64,000 nucleotides of DNA from a virus (taxonomy: Duplodnaviria > Caudoviricetes), in IMG/VR virus record IMGVR_UViG_3300029288_000163, positions 6,787 through 70,786 of that record, one strand, 5' to 3'. The position numbers and the translations under genes were made by a program. The notes beneath the pieces were generated by a model. That model was not told where the DNA came from. It was given only the letters and a program-made list of their open reading frames with translations, and searched no databases. Below, piece after piece: positions 33,497 to 43,025 of the stretch. Position 1 is the first letter of the stretch. Each line of letters opens with the position of its first letter.

Positions 33497-35754
33497 GAAT
33501 TCACCTCCAAAGTTGTTATCCCGTTTTTCTTCCTGGCTGTCCAAACACCATCAAATGACAATAAATCAGTTGCCCGTCCTGAGTTGTCCGTTACCACAAC
33601 AGTTTCGCCACCAAAGTTAAACAGATCACTCATCTTCTGCGAACTGCTGTGGTCAACATACGAGAATATTTCGTCCATGAACATTAAATTGCAACCATTG
33701 CCATTCTTCGCTGCCATGTCATGCAATGCCCGAACAATTACTAAACTAACCCGGCTAGTTTCCCCATCACTGTACAATTTTGGGTCAATTGATTTCTCAC
33801 CATCGGTAATCGTTAGCTCAATCTCGCTCTTTAACATATCCGACATTGGGCCAGATTTCTTACCTTTTTTCTCGGAAAATGACGAAATATTTACCCGTAT
33901 ACTTTCACCAATATTTGAGAGATACTTGTTAACAATGCTAGATAATTCCGTAAGCGATACTGATAGCTTGTGTAGTTTAATGTACGGAGCATGATGAATT
34001 AACCAGTCGTAATAACTTGCCTCATCTTTTAGCAAATCCACCTGTGCTTGAAGATCGGCTAGCTCACCTTCCTTAACCACAAGTTGATTTTGTAGATCCT
34101 CCAATTTGGCCACTTGAGCTTTATATTGCTCAATACGGGTGGAGCATTGGGTAATCTTTTCGTTATTCTCTGCAATAGATCGGTTAAGACTCCTGGTTTC
34201 CTGGTTCAAGTTCACAATCAAGAATTCAACTTCTGATGCTTGAGCTTCTACTTCAGCAACTTGAATTTCTAGTGATTGAATTTGCTGCTTTAACTCCTGT
34301 GCTTTAACCCGACCTTCTTCTATGTAGGAATTTCTACCTTTTTGTAGATTATCTCGTTCAGTTTCAAGTAATGACCGGGAATTGACTACTTGTCCATTAA
34401 GGGTCTTTACCAACTCTTCGGCTTTACCTATGAGTTCAATTTTCAAAGTTTCTGTAAGTACGGCCAACTCTTCCTTTTTAGTTGTATGTCTAACTTCCCA
34501 TTCAGCAATCGTTAAATCTAGCTCTTGCTGCATTTCCAGCATATTGTGCTTAATGCTGTCCCAGTTTTCCTTTGATCCGCAAGTTGGGCAAGAATCTCGG
34601 GCAATGCTTTCCCCATCCTTATTCTTGAATGCGTTTAACTTGCCATTGAGTACGCTAATTTCACCCTCAAGTTTATTAATTTCCGCCCTTAAGGCTCTAA
34701 CCTCATTTGTGTCCAAGAAACGGTCAGAATTTGATTTATAAGACTTTAGCGTACCTTCGGCAACAGCTAGTTCACCTTCCAATTTACCTAGCTCTTTGGC
34801 AAGTGAACGCATTTCGTTACTTTCAGCAACAGGTTCCCGACTTCTTGATTCGAGAAGGTTAATTTCTCGATTCAATGTTGAGATCTGGTTTTTCAATTGT
34901 GTTGAACCAATAGAACGCTTTGACAACGCATCTTGCAACTCTTTAGCAACTTTTTCTTGCTGAACATTTAACTCATCGGCATGGACATTCAACTCCAGCA
35001 AGTACGTTTCATGCTTTACGACAGTATCAGCCCAGTCCGTTTTGGCTAATGTGTCGCGTTCATTACGAAGGGTTAGCAAAACACCTTCAAAAAAGGACAA
35101 GCGCTTTTCTAAGTCGATTATACCATTTTGTTGATCCCGACGAAATGCTCTGCAATGGTCAAGTACATTATCCCATTCCGACAGTCCGATAATTCCGGAC
35201 ATTAGATCCATTCGTTCTTTATTCGTACCTTTTAGGATTACGTTACCAGTACGAGGCGATAGGTAAGATGACGAAATGAATCTGTCGTAAGAAAGACCAA
35301 TCGTATTCTGGATTACTTTCCTAGTTTCCGCCATAGATGCGCCACGAAGATCCCGCCACATGCCCTCTTCGAACTTGTCAAAGAAAATTGAGGTTCCAGC
35401 ATATGTGCAAGAATTGTCGTTATCTACGGGGTAAAAATCCTCATCTTTCCAATCCCGGCAATAAGTAATGCGGTAAGTAATACCATCATCAGCCAATAGC
35501 TCTACACGCCCGTTAAAGCCTTTGTGTATGGTGTTGTTGACGACTGAGGCACCGGAGCAGGAAGTCGGGTTAATGCCCCACACGACCTCGCACAGAGCGT
35601 TAAACAAGGATGATTTACCTGAGCCGTTGGAGTCTGAATCACGGTCCTCGTTAATGCCTAAGAGATGGACTAGCCCTTGGTTGTCTAATGGGATCGTTTC
35701 AGCTAGACCATAACTGAACATTCCAGCGGGCCGGATTGATGTGAATTTCAACAT
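33493..35754 (-). CDS. sbcC: SbcC/Rad50-like ATPase
   Basis: NGSGKS, coiled coil, CPTC zinc hook, SDGE signature, MDE Walker B. Confidence 0.9.
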   Translation of the reverse strand: MLKFTSIRPAGMFSYGLAETIPLDNQGLVHLLGINEDRDSDSNGSGKSSLFNALCEVVWGINPTSCSGASVVNNTIHKGFNGRVELLADDGITYRITYCRDWKDEDFYPVDNDNSCTYAGTSIFFDKFEEGMWRDLRGASMAETRKVIQNTIGLSYDRFISSSYLSPRTGNVILKGTNKERMDLMSGIIGLSEWDNVLDHCRAFRRDQQNGIIDLEKRLSFFEGVLLTLRNERDTLAKTDWADTVVKHETYLLELNVHADELNVQQEKVAKELQDALSKRSIGSTQLKNQISTLNREINLLESRSREPVAESNEMRSLAKELGKLEGELAVAEGTLKSYKSNSDRFLDTNEVRALRAEINKLEGEISVLNGKLNAFKNKDGESIARDSCPTCGSKENWDSIKHNMLEMQQELDLTIAEWEVRHTTKKEELAVLTETLKIELIGKAEELVKTLNGQVVNSRSLLETERDNLQKGRNSYIEEGRVKAQELKQQIQSLEIQVAEVEAQASEVEFLIVNLNQETRSLNRSIAENNEKITQCSTRIEQYKAQVAKLEDLQNQLVVKEGELADLQAQVDLLKDEASYYDWLIHHAPYIKLHKLSVSLTELSSIVNKYLSNIGESIRVNISSFSEKKGKKSGPMSDMLKSEIELTITDGEKSIDPKLYSDGETSRVSLVIVRALHDMAAKNGNGCNLMFMDEIFSYVDHSSSQKMSDLFNFGGETVVVTDNSGRATDLLSFDGVWTARKKNGITTLEVNS

Positions 35755-36362
35755 TAAACGCCCTTATTCCACACTGCGTCCATCATCTCATAAATTAGTT
35801 TTTCTTGATCTGCCTTAAACTTCCATCTAACATTCACATTTTTCTTCGCCCACTCTTTTGGGGCATTCCCACGTTCTTCTGACATAGCACACCAATCAGC
35901 AACCATCTCTGCAAGATCAAGAGAAGACATACCTGTTGCATCAATCATCTTCTCAGGTGGAGCATCCCTGTCGCGTGGATTCAACAAAGACTCAGTTTCA
36001 CTTTGATGAAATTCAGGGTGATGTGCATTGTTCAAAATATGATGTTCAGTAGCAGCATCAATTTCTTTGTCCATTCCTTCAGGGAGATTACATTTTACGC
36101 CGTCATCCTTGCACTTATAACGCCAAGTTAGCCAAACATAAGGAATACGCTCAGGCTCTTCAAACTTGCTCAAATCATGCTCTACCCCACGATCAACAAG
36201 ACCCAGCAAATAGGGGAAAGCCTTTTCAATAAGGGCGCAATATTTTTGAACAAGCTTAATGTGCAGGTGTGTTCTGTTCAAAAAATGGTTTACCTGATCT
36301 TTTGTGGCTTCTTCGTTTTCCATGTTAAATACCTCGGTCTTGGATATATACCCGGTGGACAT
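35754..36362 (-). CDS. HD-like protein (DUF5662-like)
   Basis: HDLSK, HH..N.HHPEFH, EMVADW. Confidence 0.7.
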   Translation of the reverse strand: MSTGYISKTEVFNMENEEATKDQVNHFLNRTHLHIKLVQKYCALIEKAFPYLLGLVDRGVEHDLSKFEEPERIPYVWLTWRYKCKDDGVKCNLPEGMDKEIDAATEHHILNNAHHPEFHQSETESLLNPRDRDAPPEKMIDATGMSSLDLAEMVADWCAMSEERGNAPKEWAKKNVNVRWKFKADQEKLIYEMMDAVWNKGV

Positions 36363-36507
36363 TGTTCTTATAGCGATATATCTTTAATATCCCCCCGCAT
36401 TTTTCGCACCTGTAATCAAGCTCCTCGGGACGTTCATCAGTGTCATTAAAATATTCCTCAACTTCGTGGTCACAACTGCAACAACGATATGCTTCCAGTC
36501 TAGCCAT
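36325..36507 (-). CDS. FmdB-like zinc-ribbon protein
   Basis: YRC..C.H ... CEKCGG. Confidence 0.6.
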   Translation of the reverse strand: MARLEAYRCCSCDHEVEEYFNDTDERPEELDYRCEKCGGILKIYRYKNNVHRVYIQDRGI

Positions 36508-36710
36508 TACTCTTCTCCCTTCTTTTCTGCCCGTTCTTTTGCAGCCTTAACTACAAATTCCGGAATATAAAAAGGCAATAACTCGCCTGTTTTCAAAAAG
36601 TGCTGATAAGACTCAGTAAGCGCAGCCACCCAATCCATGCAGGATGATTGGTAAGACATTCCTGATCGAATGCCCCTTTGAACAATCTTTTCTTCGTATT
36701 TCTCAGCCAA
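36507..36710 (-). CDS. Hypothetical protein
   Basis: ORF. Confidence 0.5.
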   Translation of the reverse strand: MAEKYEEKIVQRGIRSGMSYQSSCMDWVAALTESYQHFLKTGELLPFYIPEFVVKAAKERAEKKGEE

Positions 36711-37092
36711 GGCAATTCCTCCGGATTAGTTCGTTGTAAATATCGTCTTCAACTGTACGAGGGGGAATTGGAAAACCCCAATAACCCTTAACATAAACAG
36801 TACCAATAGTTGAAGCAAGTTCCATTTCTAAAGTCATCGGTCTTCCAACATAAAAAGTAAGATTGCTCTCAGAAGCTTCAAAAAGTGATTCATCTGTTGG
36901 AAAAAGATCATTTAACTCTGCGTCAATCTTTTCCTGAACTTCGTGCTGCGCTTTCAGCAGCATGTTCTCCCCCGCACCTATCATTCCAGGGGTTGCGTGA
37001 TCAAGTCCCTCCATAAGCAAAGCCCCATCAAAGGAGGCACTGAAATATTCCTTACCTCCAGCAAGATAATTAGATTCACCCATTTTCAACAC
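36703..37092 (-). CDS. Hypothetical protein
   Basis: ORF. Confidence 0.5.
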   Translation of the reverse strand: MLKMGESNYLAGGKEYFSASFDGALLMEGLDHATPGMIGAGENMLLKAQHEVQEKIDAELNDLFPTDESLFEASESNLTFYVGRPMTLEMELASTIGTVYVKGYWGFPIPPRTVEDDIYNELIRRNCLG

Positions 37093-38506
37093 CTTTCTCT
37101 AAGTCTTCACGCGCCTTAGTTATACGAGCTTTAGCAATTTCTATATAATTTTCATCTTTCTCAATTCCGATAAAATCAAATCCTTCCAAATGGGCTGCAA
37201 CACCTGTGCTACCACTGCCCATAAAAGGATCTAAAATAATTCCACCAGACCGTGTTACAAGTTTGCAAAGATAACGCATAAGAGATTGTGGTTTTACTGT
37301 AGGGTGGGTATTTCCTGAACCCCTATCCTTTTTACTGGCTTTGGCGCAGTAGAAAAAACGGGCAGCACTTCCAGCATCGTTACGCCTCTCAATAGGTACT
37401 GTTCGGTTGTTGTGCGCGTTCCAGCCGGAATCTTGCCCAAGTGCCGTTCCGCCTGACGAATCGCCTCCTTTTCCACTAGATTGAGGAAATAGATTCACAG
37501 CATCTTCACTCCCGTCATGAATTAAATTTGCAGGCCAGCGACCCAACCCCCCGCTATTGTCAACTAAAGATGCAGTTTGTTGCATCCTACATAGAGGCTT
37601 TGCTTTTGGATCTCCGTCATTAACCTTGTTTTCAATAGGTTTGGCGTTATTGAATCTTCCTAAACTCTCCGCTGTTTCAACCCTACAACCATCAATATTA
37701 ATTACGCCCGTTCCATACCTCAATACATTAGCAGCAACGGTTCCAATCAATGGCTTTCTTGCTACAATAATAGGTTCCCACGCTGGCTTGAGCGCAGTGC
37801 CCCATCCGTCCCACTGCTTTGCTTTTTCGTGTTCCGGTGCAGTTATCTCCCAAGTTTTATATTCTACAGAAGCTCCTAGAGTTGGAAGGGCAGAACCAGA
37901 TCCCTGGGCACGGGCTTTTGTAATTGTACCCAATACACGTCTTTCAACCTCTTCTATAGGCTCAAAAGGAAGATCAAGAATCTCACATACTTTATTAAAT
38001 TGAGAAGAAGTGGGAAGACCGTATCCAAGTTCCCAATTTACTACAAGGCCCCCATGATTTATATTTTTGTAAAATCCTCCCCGTTCAGCAAGATCGTGTG
38101 CACTAATACCACGGCTTTCCCGTTCTTTTCGGAGCCAAGGACCAAACCATGAAATATTAGCACCCCCAACTTTGTCGATAGCCTTGCTCACATCCAGGCT
38201 CTTGGGAAAACCCGACCCATAAACCCACATTACACAATCACGAATTTCAAATCCTGCATCTTCAATTGCACACGCCAAACGATGAAAAGTCCTTGTTCCA
38301 CCAAATGCAAGTAAATATCCACCGGGCTTCAAAACACGCAAAGCCTCAACCCAAAAAGGTGTTCCGGGAATACCATGATCCCAATTCTTCCCCATAAAAG
38401 CCAAACCATAGGGAGGATCAGTGACAATGCTATCTATGCTTTCTTCTTCCATAAGAGGCATTTCGACTAAACAATCACCACAAACCCCATAACTTTTATC
38501 AAACAT
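37076..38506 (-). CDS. Beta-class N6-A/N4-C DNA methyltransferase with inserted XRE-like HTH
   Basis: TDPPY, HPTVKP, DPFMGSGST; internal LRKERESRGIS..DLA ... NWELG. Confidence 0.9.
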   Translation of the reverse strand: MFDKSYGVCGDCLVEMPLMEEESIDSIVTDPPYGLAFMGKNWDHGIPGTPFWVEALRVLKPGGYLLAFGGTRTFHRLACAIEDAGFEIRDCVMWVYGSGFPKSLDVSKAIDKVGGANISWFGPWLRKERESRGISAHDLAERGGFYKNINHGGLVVNWELGYGLPTSSQFNKVCEILDLPFEPIEEVERRVLGTITKARAQGSGSALPTLGASVEYKTWEITAPEHEKAKQWDGWGTALKPAWEPIIVARKPLIGTVAANVLRYGTGVINIDGCRVETAESLGRFNNAKPIENKVNDGDPKAKPLCRMQQTASLVDNSGGLGRWPANLIHDGSEDAVNLFPQSSGKGGDSSGGTALGQDSGWNAHNNRTVPIERRNDAGSAARFFYCAKASKKDRGSGNTHPTVKPQSLMRYLCKLVTRSGGIILDPFMGSGSTGVAAHLEGFDFIGIEKDENYIEIAKARITKAREDLEKGVENG

Positions 38507-38511
38507 TCTAA

Positions 38512-39645
38512 TTAACCTTGCTCAACTTCTGTTAAAACCTCAAACATCTTTTCTCTTCCTAACGTGCCAAGAGATCCAAAACCACTGTCAATATACAATT
38601 CCAAATCATGTCCTATATTACGGGACTGTGACAAATCTATTACCGCATCCCGTGATTCAATTTCGTAATCCCGTGCTATATCCATTTTCCTGGCACCAAG
38701 GATTTCGACATAATTCTTCCAGCGTGTGTCATCCGCTACTCTATCCACGTCACATTTCTTACCCGTTAGCTTTACTTCAATTCGCTTATCCTTTACCAAA
38801 TCTTCATCAATTTTTATTTGCTCGAAATTCGTTTGCGGACCAACATCAAAGGATAAGCAAGAAAATAGTGGCTTGGTTGGTACAAATTGCGTAGTAATTT
38901 CCCAAGCGCCTGGACCACCCTTTACTTCAACTTCTACCCATCCACGCTCCTTGTCGGCATCAGCGCGTGTTCTCTGTAATACTGCGCCAACATAGCCACC
39001 CTTTGGCACATTCTTTAGTGGGAATGGTTGAGGTACATGGATATCACCAGCAAGAACCATGTCAAATTCTGGCCGATCAATCTCGGAAATTTCAATGCCC
39101 GAATCAAATCGCATCTTTTCCGAATCATCCATGAACGAGCCTTTTAGCATATCATGGAAAAGAAATAGATTGAATTGCTTGGGATCTGTGCCAAATTTAG
39201 CAAAATCAAATTTGCTACCTGCTGGGAGAACATGCAACAAAACCTCTGGATAATGCTTACCCAATATCATAACTGGATACGTTTTCGCTTCATCCATAAT
39301 GCACAATTTCCCAGTGAACCTTGATAACCATTTCAATGATTCGCTAGTGTGCCACCTCATCGAATTAGTTACCCAGTCATGATTACCAATAAGGCTGTAA
39401 TGTGGTGCTCTGCGATTTTCATTACCTAAGATGGATAAGAGTACCTGATCAGCCTTAGTCTTTATTTCGTCTTCTGGATTACGCTTGAGAAAACGGTCAC
39501 CAATAAATATAGTGAAATCAAAGTCCCCTTCACTAACTCGTTGGTGAACCTGTTTCTCAACTTCCGCACAATCGTCGAAAGTTACACATTGAGCGGCTAA
39601 CCGATCATAGTGCAAATCAGCATAAGCAATGAATTTGAAAGACAT
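38512..39645 (-). CDS. sbcD: SbcD/Mre11-like nuclease
   Basis: ADLH, GD, GNHD and GDIH motifs; near sbcC. Confidence 0.85.
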   Translation of the reverse strand: MSFKFIAYADLHYDRLAAQCVTFDDCAEVEKQVHQRVSEGDFDFTIFIGDRFLKRNPEDEIKTKADQVLLSILGNENRRAPHYSLIGNHDWVTNSMRWHTSESLKWLSRFTGKLCIMDEAKTYPVMILGKHYPEVLLHVLPAGSKFDFAKFGTDPKQFNLFLFHDMLKGSFMDDSEKMRFDSGIEISEIDRPEFDMVLAGDIHVPQPFPLKNVPKGGYVGAVLQRTRADADKERGWVEVEVKGGPGAWEITTQFVPTKPLFSCLSFDVGPQTNFEQIKIDEDLVKDKRIEVKLTGKKCDVDRVADDTRWKNYVEILGARKMDIARDYEIESRDAVIDLSQSRNIGHDLELYIDSGFGSLGTLGREKMFEVLTEVEQG

Positions 39646-39657
39646 ATTCTTTGTCCC

Positions 39658-39933
39658 CTATACAATATCAGGCAACAAATATTTCCAAAAACTGTCCCAT
39701 TCTTTAGTAAAATGCGTCTGAACTTCTTCCTCACTCATTGGACCAAACTCATTACAAAAATAACCCATATGATCCTCGCTGCCAATATCCACACCACTAA
39801 AATAAGCAGGGATATATGGAACAAATATAGTGGAAGTTACTCTATACTCTAAACAATTTTTGCACAGTCCGTGCTTACCAACAAGTACGTCTTTTCCACA
39901 AAGAATACAAATATTGTCAATTTCAGCCCTCAT
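39658..39933 (-). CDS. Hypothetical zinc-finger protein
   Basis: CILC ... CKNC. Confidence 0.5.
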   Translation of the reverse strand: MRAEIDNICILCGKDVLVGKHGLCKNCLEYRVTSTIFVPYIPAYFSGVDIGSEDHMGYFCNEFGPMSEEEVQTHFTKEWDSFWKYLLPDIV

Positions 39934-40202
39934 GCGTCCCCTATGTGATTTAATGCTGACGAATTTGCTGCTGTTACAAAGGCCAAAAGAATTGGGCTAA
40001 TACCAGAAAGGAATTCTACCAATTTCCTTTGCAAAAAATCTTCGGGCATTCCCGGAAGAGCAAATGGAGAAGTCTTTAGAAAACGAGCTACAAGATATTT
40101 GTTGAGAATATTCATGTCTTCAAGGAGCAAATCGTTACTTAAACTTTCCATGTACTTGGAAGCATAAGCAAGTAGTTGAGCGTCTGAGAAATTAGATTCC
40201 AT
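39930..40202 (-). CDS. Hypothetical protein (start uncertain)
   Basis: ORF. Confidence 0.5.
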   Translation of the reverse strand: MESNFSDAQLLAYASKYMESLSNDLLLEDMNILNKYLVARFLKTSPFALPGMPEDFLQRKLVEFLSGISPILLAFVTAANSSALNHIGDA

Positions 40203-41013
40203 AGTGTGTGCGTACTGCTTTCTCAAGTTGTGCAAGAAGTTCAGGATTATTTTTTAGGGCTTCCCATGCATTGTCCTTACCTTGACCAATACATTCGCCA
40301 TTGAAATCCAACCATGCGCCACGCTTGGAAACTACACCACAATTCATTCCGCAAAGGAGAATATCTAGGGCACGGGGGACGCCTTCACCGTATCGGATTT
40401 CTGTTTCTGCTACTTTGTATGGAGGAGCAACCTTGTTCTTCACTACCTTTATTTCTGTCAAATTGCCTAGAATATCTTCACCCTTCTTTATCTGCGCCTT
40501 ACGTCTAATATCCAAGCGAATAGAAGCATAAAACTTTAGCGCATTTCCACCAGAATTGTGAGATAAAACCCCCTCTGAAAAATAACAACCATTTTCCATC
40601 TTAACATCTACAACCGGAATTAGCTTATCTGAAGGTCTGACAAAAATCGGCTGCGATGCTACCCCCGAAGGTTTTTCAGAAAGAACAGAATATTGTAGCA
40701 AAGAGGTGGAAAGATCAGCTAAAGACACCCAATCATAATTTTCATCCTTATACTTTGCATAAAGAAAATGCTCTGGGCTCCCTGAAAATAAATAATGAAA
40801 CCCCCCAGGCCCTTTTTCATAGACCTTATACTCCTGTCTATCATTTTTTCTAATAATTCCCAAAATTTTGCTTTTAACAATCTCCCCCCCAGCATAAGAC
40901 TTTAAATACTTGTTCTGATCAGATACATCAATCATCTTTCCAATTTCCATATTCTGGATCTGGAACCCGAGTTGCTTGAAAAGTTCTTCCATCGAAAGTT
41001 GCTGTGTATTCAT
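40192..41013 (-). CDS. recA: Split-intein C-fragment (153 aa, 40555-41013) fused to the RecA C-extein
   Basis: GGAGA RBS before MNTQQ; SPEH block B; ...VLSHN|SGGNALKFYASIRLDIR ... KNKVAPP. Confidence 0.9.
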   Translation of the reverse strand: MNTQQLSMEELFKQLGFQIQNMEIGKMIDVSDQNKYLKSYAGGEIVKSKILGIIRKNDRQEYKVYEKGPGGFHYLFSGSPEHFLYAKYKDENYDWVSLADLSTSLLQYSVLSEKPSGVASQPIFVRPSDKLIPVVDVKMENGCYFSEGVLSHNSGGNALKFYASIRLDIRRKAQIKKGEDILGNLTEIKVVKNKVAPPYKVAETEIRYGEGVPRALDILLCGMNCGVVSKRGAWLDFNGECIGQGKDNAWEALKNNPELLAQLEKAVRTHYGI

Positions 41014-41986
41014 TAAAATCTCCGTTCGTATCAATCATTCTCTCAAATACTATAGGGTTATAGGAATACAGTGTTTTCTTACCTGTCCCCCTTTGCGAAT
41101 CCGGAAGCCTAGTACGGACACTAATTCTTTTATTTCCAACCTCAGTTAAAATTCCTAAATATTTTAAATATGCTAACCTTGCCAAAACCCCATTTCCAAA
41201 ACTGGGAACAAGTGGATGACAATTTTGTATCATAGAATCGCTAAGAGTGTCATCTAAAAGATATTCCAACATTTCAGGAATATCAGGAACAAAAACACCC
41301 TTTAATGCTTTATATTCTGTGTATGAGTTAGGAATCGATTCTATTTTTGCAGAAACTTTACTTTTGGCTGCTTGCACACGACCTGCCGGATCTTTTGAAA
41401 AATAATCCATATATTGGGAAAACCCGCTAACTTCAATATAGCCCTTGAACTGGTAGTATGCAAGGGCTCTGTGCAATTTAACAGACATTCCAAGCCGCTT
41501 ATTTACCAAACCACTAATAAATCTGTCCGGTAAATTGGTGCAGCAAGAATAATAACAAACCATGGGTGCAATTCTTTCGTACACACCCAACCAACGCTTG
41601 ACAAAATCTGGATTCCCATATCCACGACTTGCCTCGGAACAAAGTTTTCTTGCTCTCTCGGCATAAGGACCCTGCCAAACTGTCCACCCTGCATTTGCTT
41701 CCCCACCAATAGCAACATTATAATTTGTTTTTTGGCTAACAAAATCTATATTAACTATACGTTTCTCCTCTAACAAAGCCTCTTCTCTAGAAGAATGTGT
41801 AGATAAAGTCTGTCTCAAAAAATTATTTCTACCAAATTTACTAATTGCTTGCTTCAAAACATGTCCTGACCCTAAATACCCATCCCCCAAATCATTGGTG
41901 GAATGAACACCAACATACTCCTTATTATTTACTAAACACGTTGTTTTGTACACTATGTGGTACTTTCTCTCTGGTGTATTACTCAT
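40928..41986 (-). CDS. GIY-YIG (Seg-like) free-standing homing endonuclease between the recA halves
   Basis: IVYKTTCLVNNKEYVGVHST ... DGYLGSG ... YNVAIGG. Confidence 0.88.
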   Translation of the reverse strand: MSNTPERKYHIVYKTTCLVNNKEYVGVHSTNDLGDGYLGSGHVLKQAISKFGRNNFLRQTLSTHSSREEALLEEKRIVNIDFVSQKTNYNVAIGGEANAGWTVWQGPYAERARKLCSEASRGYGNPDFVKRWLGVYERIAPMVCYYSCCTNLPDRFISGLVNKRLGMSVKLHRALAYYQFKGYIEVSGFSQYMDYFSKDPAGRVQAAKSKVSAKIESIPNSYTEYKALKGVFVPDIPEMLEYLLDDTLSDSMIQNCHPLVPSFGNGVLARLAYLKYLGILTEVGNKRISVRTRLPDSQRGTGKKTLYSYNPIVFERMIDTNGDFNEYTATFDGRTFQATRVPDPEYGNWKDD

Positions 41987-41987
41987 T

Positions 41988-42016
41988 GGTATAACCTCCT
42001 ATTAGGAGGTTATACC
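41988..42016 (-). promoter_or_regulatory. Perfect 13-bp hairpin sequestering the endonuclease RBS
   Basis: GGTATAACCTCCT-AAT-AGGAGGTTATACC-A-ATG. Confidence 0.85.
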
Positions 42017-42029
42017 TTAAAATTATTCG

Positions 42030-42728
42030 CTAATCTAAAGCGAGTTCCACCTTTGTACTTGGGTGAACACAAGTAGTTTCAGGGCTGCCAAAAAGAACAC
42101 CAATCTTGTAACGAATTTGATTTGTGAAATAAACCATAACGCCCGACTTAGAAACACTGCTTGTCAACTTCCTCAAACCTTGCCCCATAAGCCTTGCCTG
42201 AAGACCAACGTGGCTGTCTCCGACCTCTCCATTTAGTTCAGCCTGAGGAGTCAACGCGGCTACAGAATCAATAACAATGATGTCCCCCTTAGTCAAAATA
42301 CTGGACATAAGGACAGCCATCTCTAAAGCACGTTCACCGCTATCTGGCTGATCAATAAGAAGGTTCTGAACATCCACACCAACTTTTGATGCATATCCGG
42401 TATCCAAGGCGTGTTCAGCATCGATGAAAGCCGCAACGCCACCGGCTTTTTGCACAGCAGCAATGGCATGTAATGTGCAGGTCGTCTTTCCGGCTGACTC
42501 TGGGCCATACACCTCGATAATTCTGCCATGAGGATAGCCCCCAATACCAAGAGCAATATCAAGAGAGGCAATTCCGCTGGAAGTAGAAGTAATATCTGAG
42601 ACTACTCCGTCACCTTTCATCCATTGAAGGTCATTACGAAGATCCTTATTCTTCGATTCCAGAGCTTTAAGAATTTCAACAATCCTATTCGTCTCAACTA
42701 CTGGTTCAGTTGGTGTTTTCTTTGCCAA
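42030..42728 (-). CDS. recA: RecA N-extein fused to a 13-aa split-intein N-fragment (42030-42071 including stop)
   Basis: [27 protein letters not shown]; ends GSPETT|[13 protein letters not shown]. Confidence 0.93.
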   Translation of the reverse strand: MAKKTPTEPVVETNRIVEILKALESKNKDLRNDLQWMKGDGVVSDITSTSSGIASLDIALGIGGYPHGRIIEVYGPESAGKTTCTLHAIAAVQKAGGVAAFIDAEHALDTGYASKVGVDVQNLLIDQPDSGERALEMAVLMSSILTKGDIIVIDSVAALTPQAELNGEVGDSHVGLQARLMGQGLRKLTSSVSKSGVMVYFTNQIRYKIGVLFGSPETTCVHPSTKVELALD

Positions 42729-42731
42729 AAT

Positions 42732-42989
42732 TTACTCTACCTTTTGCTTCGAAGAAAAGAGATTACCAGCATTCTTAAAATTGGCTACTTCAATAACCAA
42801 AAGTTCCGGCCCTTTCTGAAGTAAGCCCACCGAGTCTTTATTTCCGTCTTCGTATACAGGAACAAGAGTACGGTCCTTCCTAACTAGAACCTCCAAATTA
42901 GTAAGATCAGAAAGCAAAATCTGCTGAAGTTGATAAATTGCACTGTTCAAACTTTCATTTACAGCAGAAAGATCCTTCATTTTTTCCAT
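42732..42989 (-). CDS. Hypothetical protein
   Basis: ORF. Confidence 0.5.
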   Translation of the reverse strand: MEKMKDLSAVNESLNSAIYQLQQILLSDLTNLEVLVRKDRTLVPVYEDGNKDSVGLLQKGPELLVIEVANFKNAGNLFSSKQKVE

Positions 42990-43025
42990 TTTCTAACCTT
43001 TCGCTATTCCCGAATTACGAAAGAA

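Noticed and set aside
40928-42030. recA as a pseudogene or intron-split gene
   Set aside because: Both intein termini, the +1 Ser and a dedicated RBS are intact, and there is no space for intron RNA.
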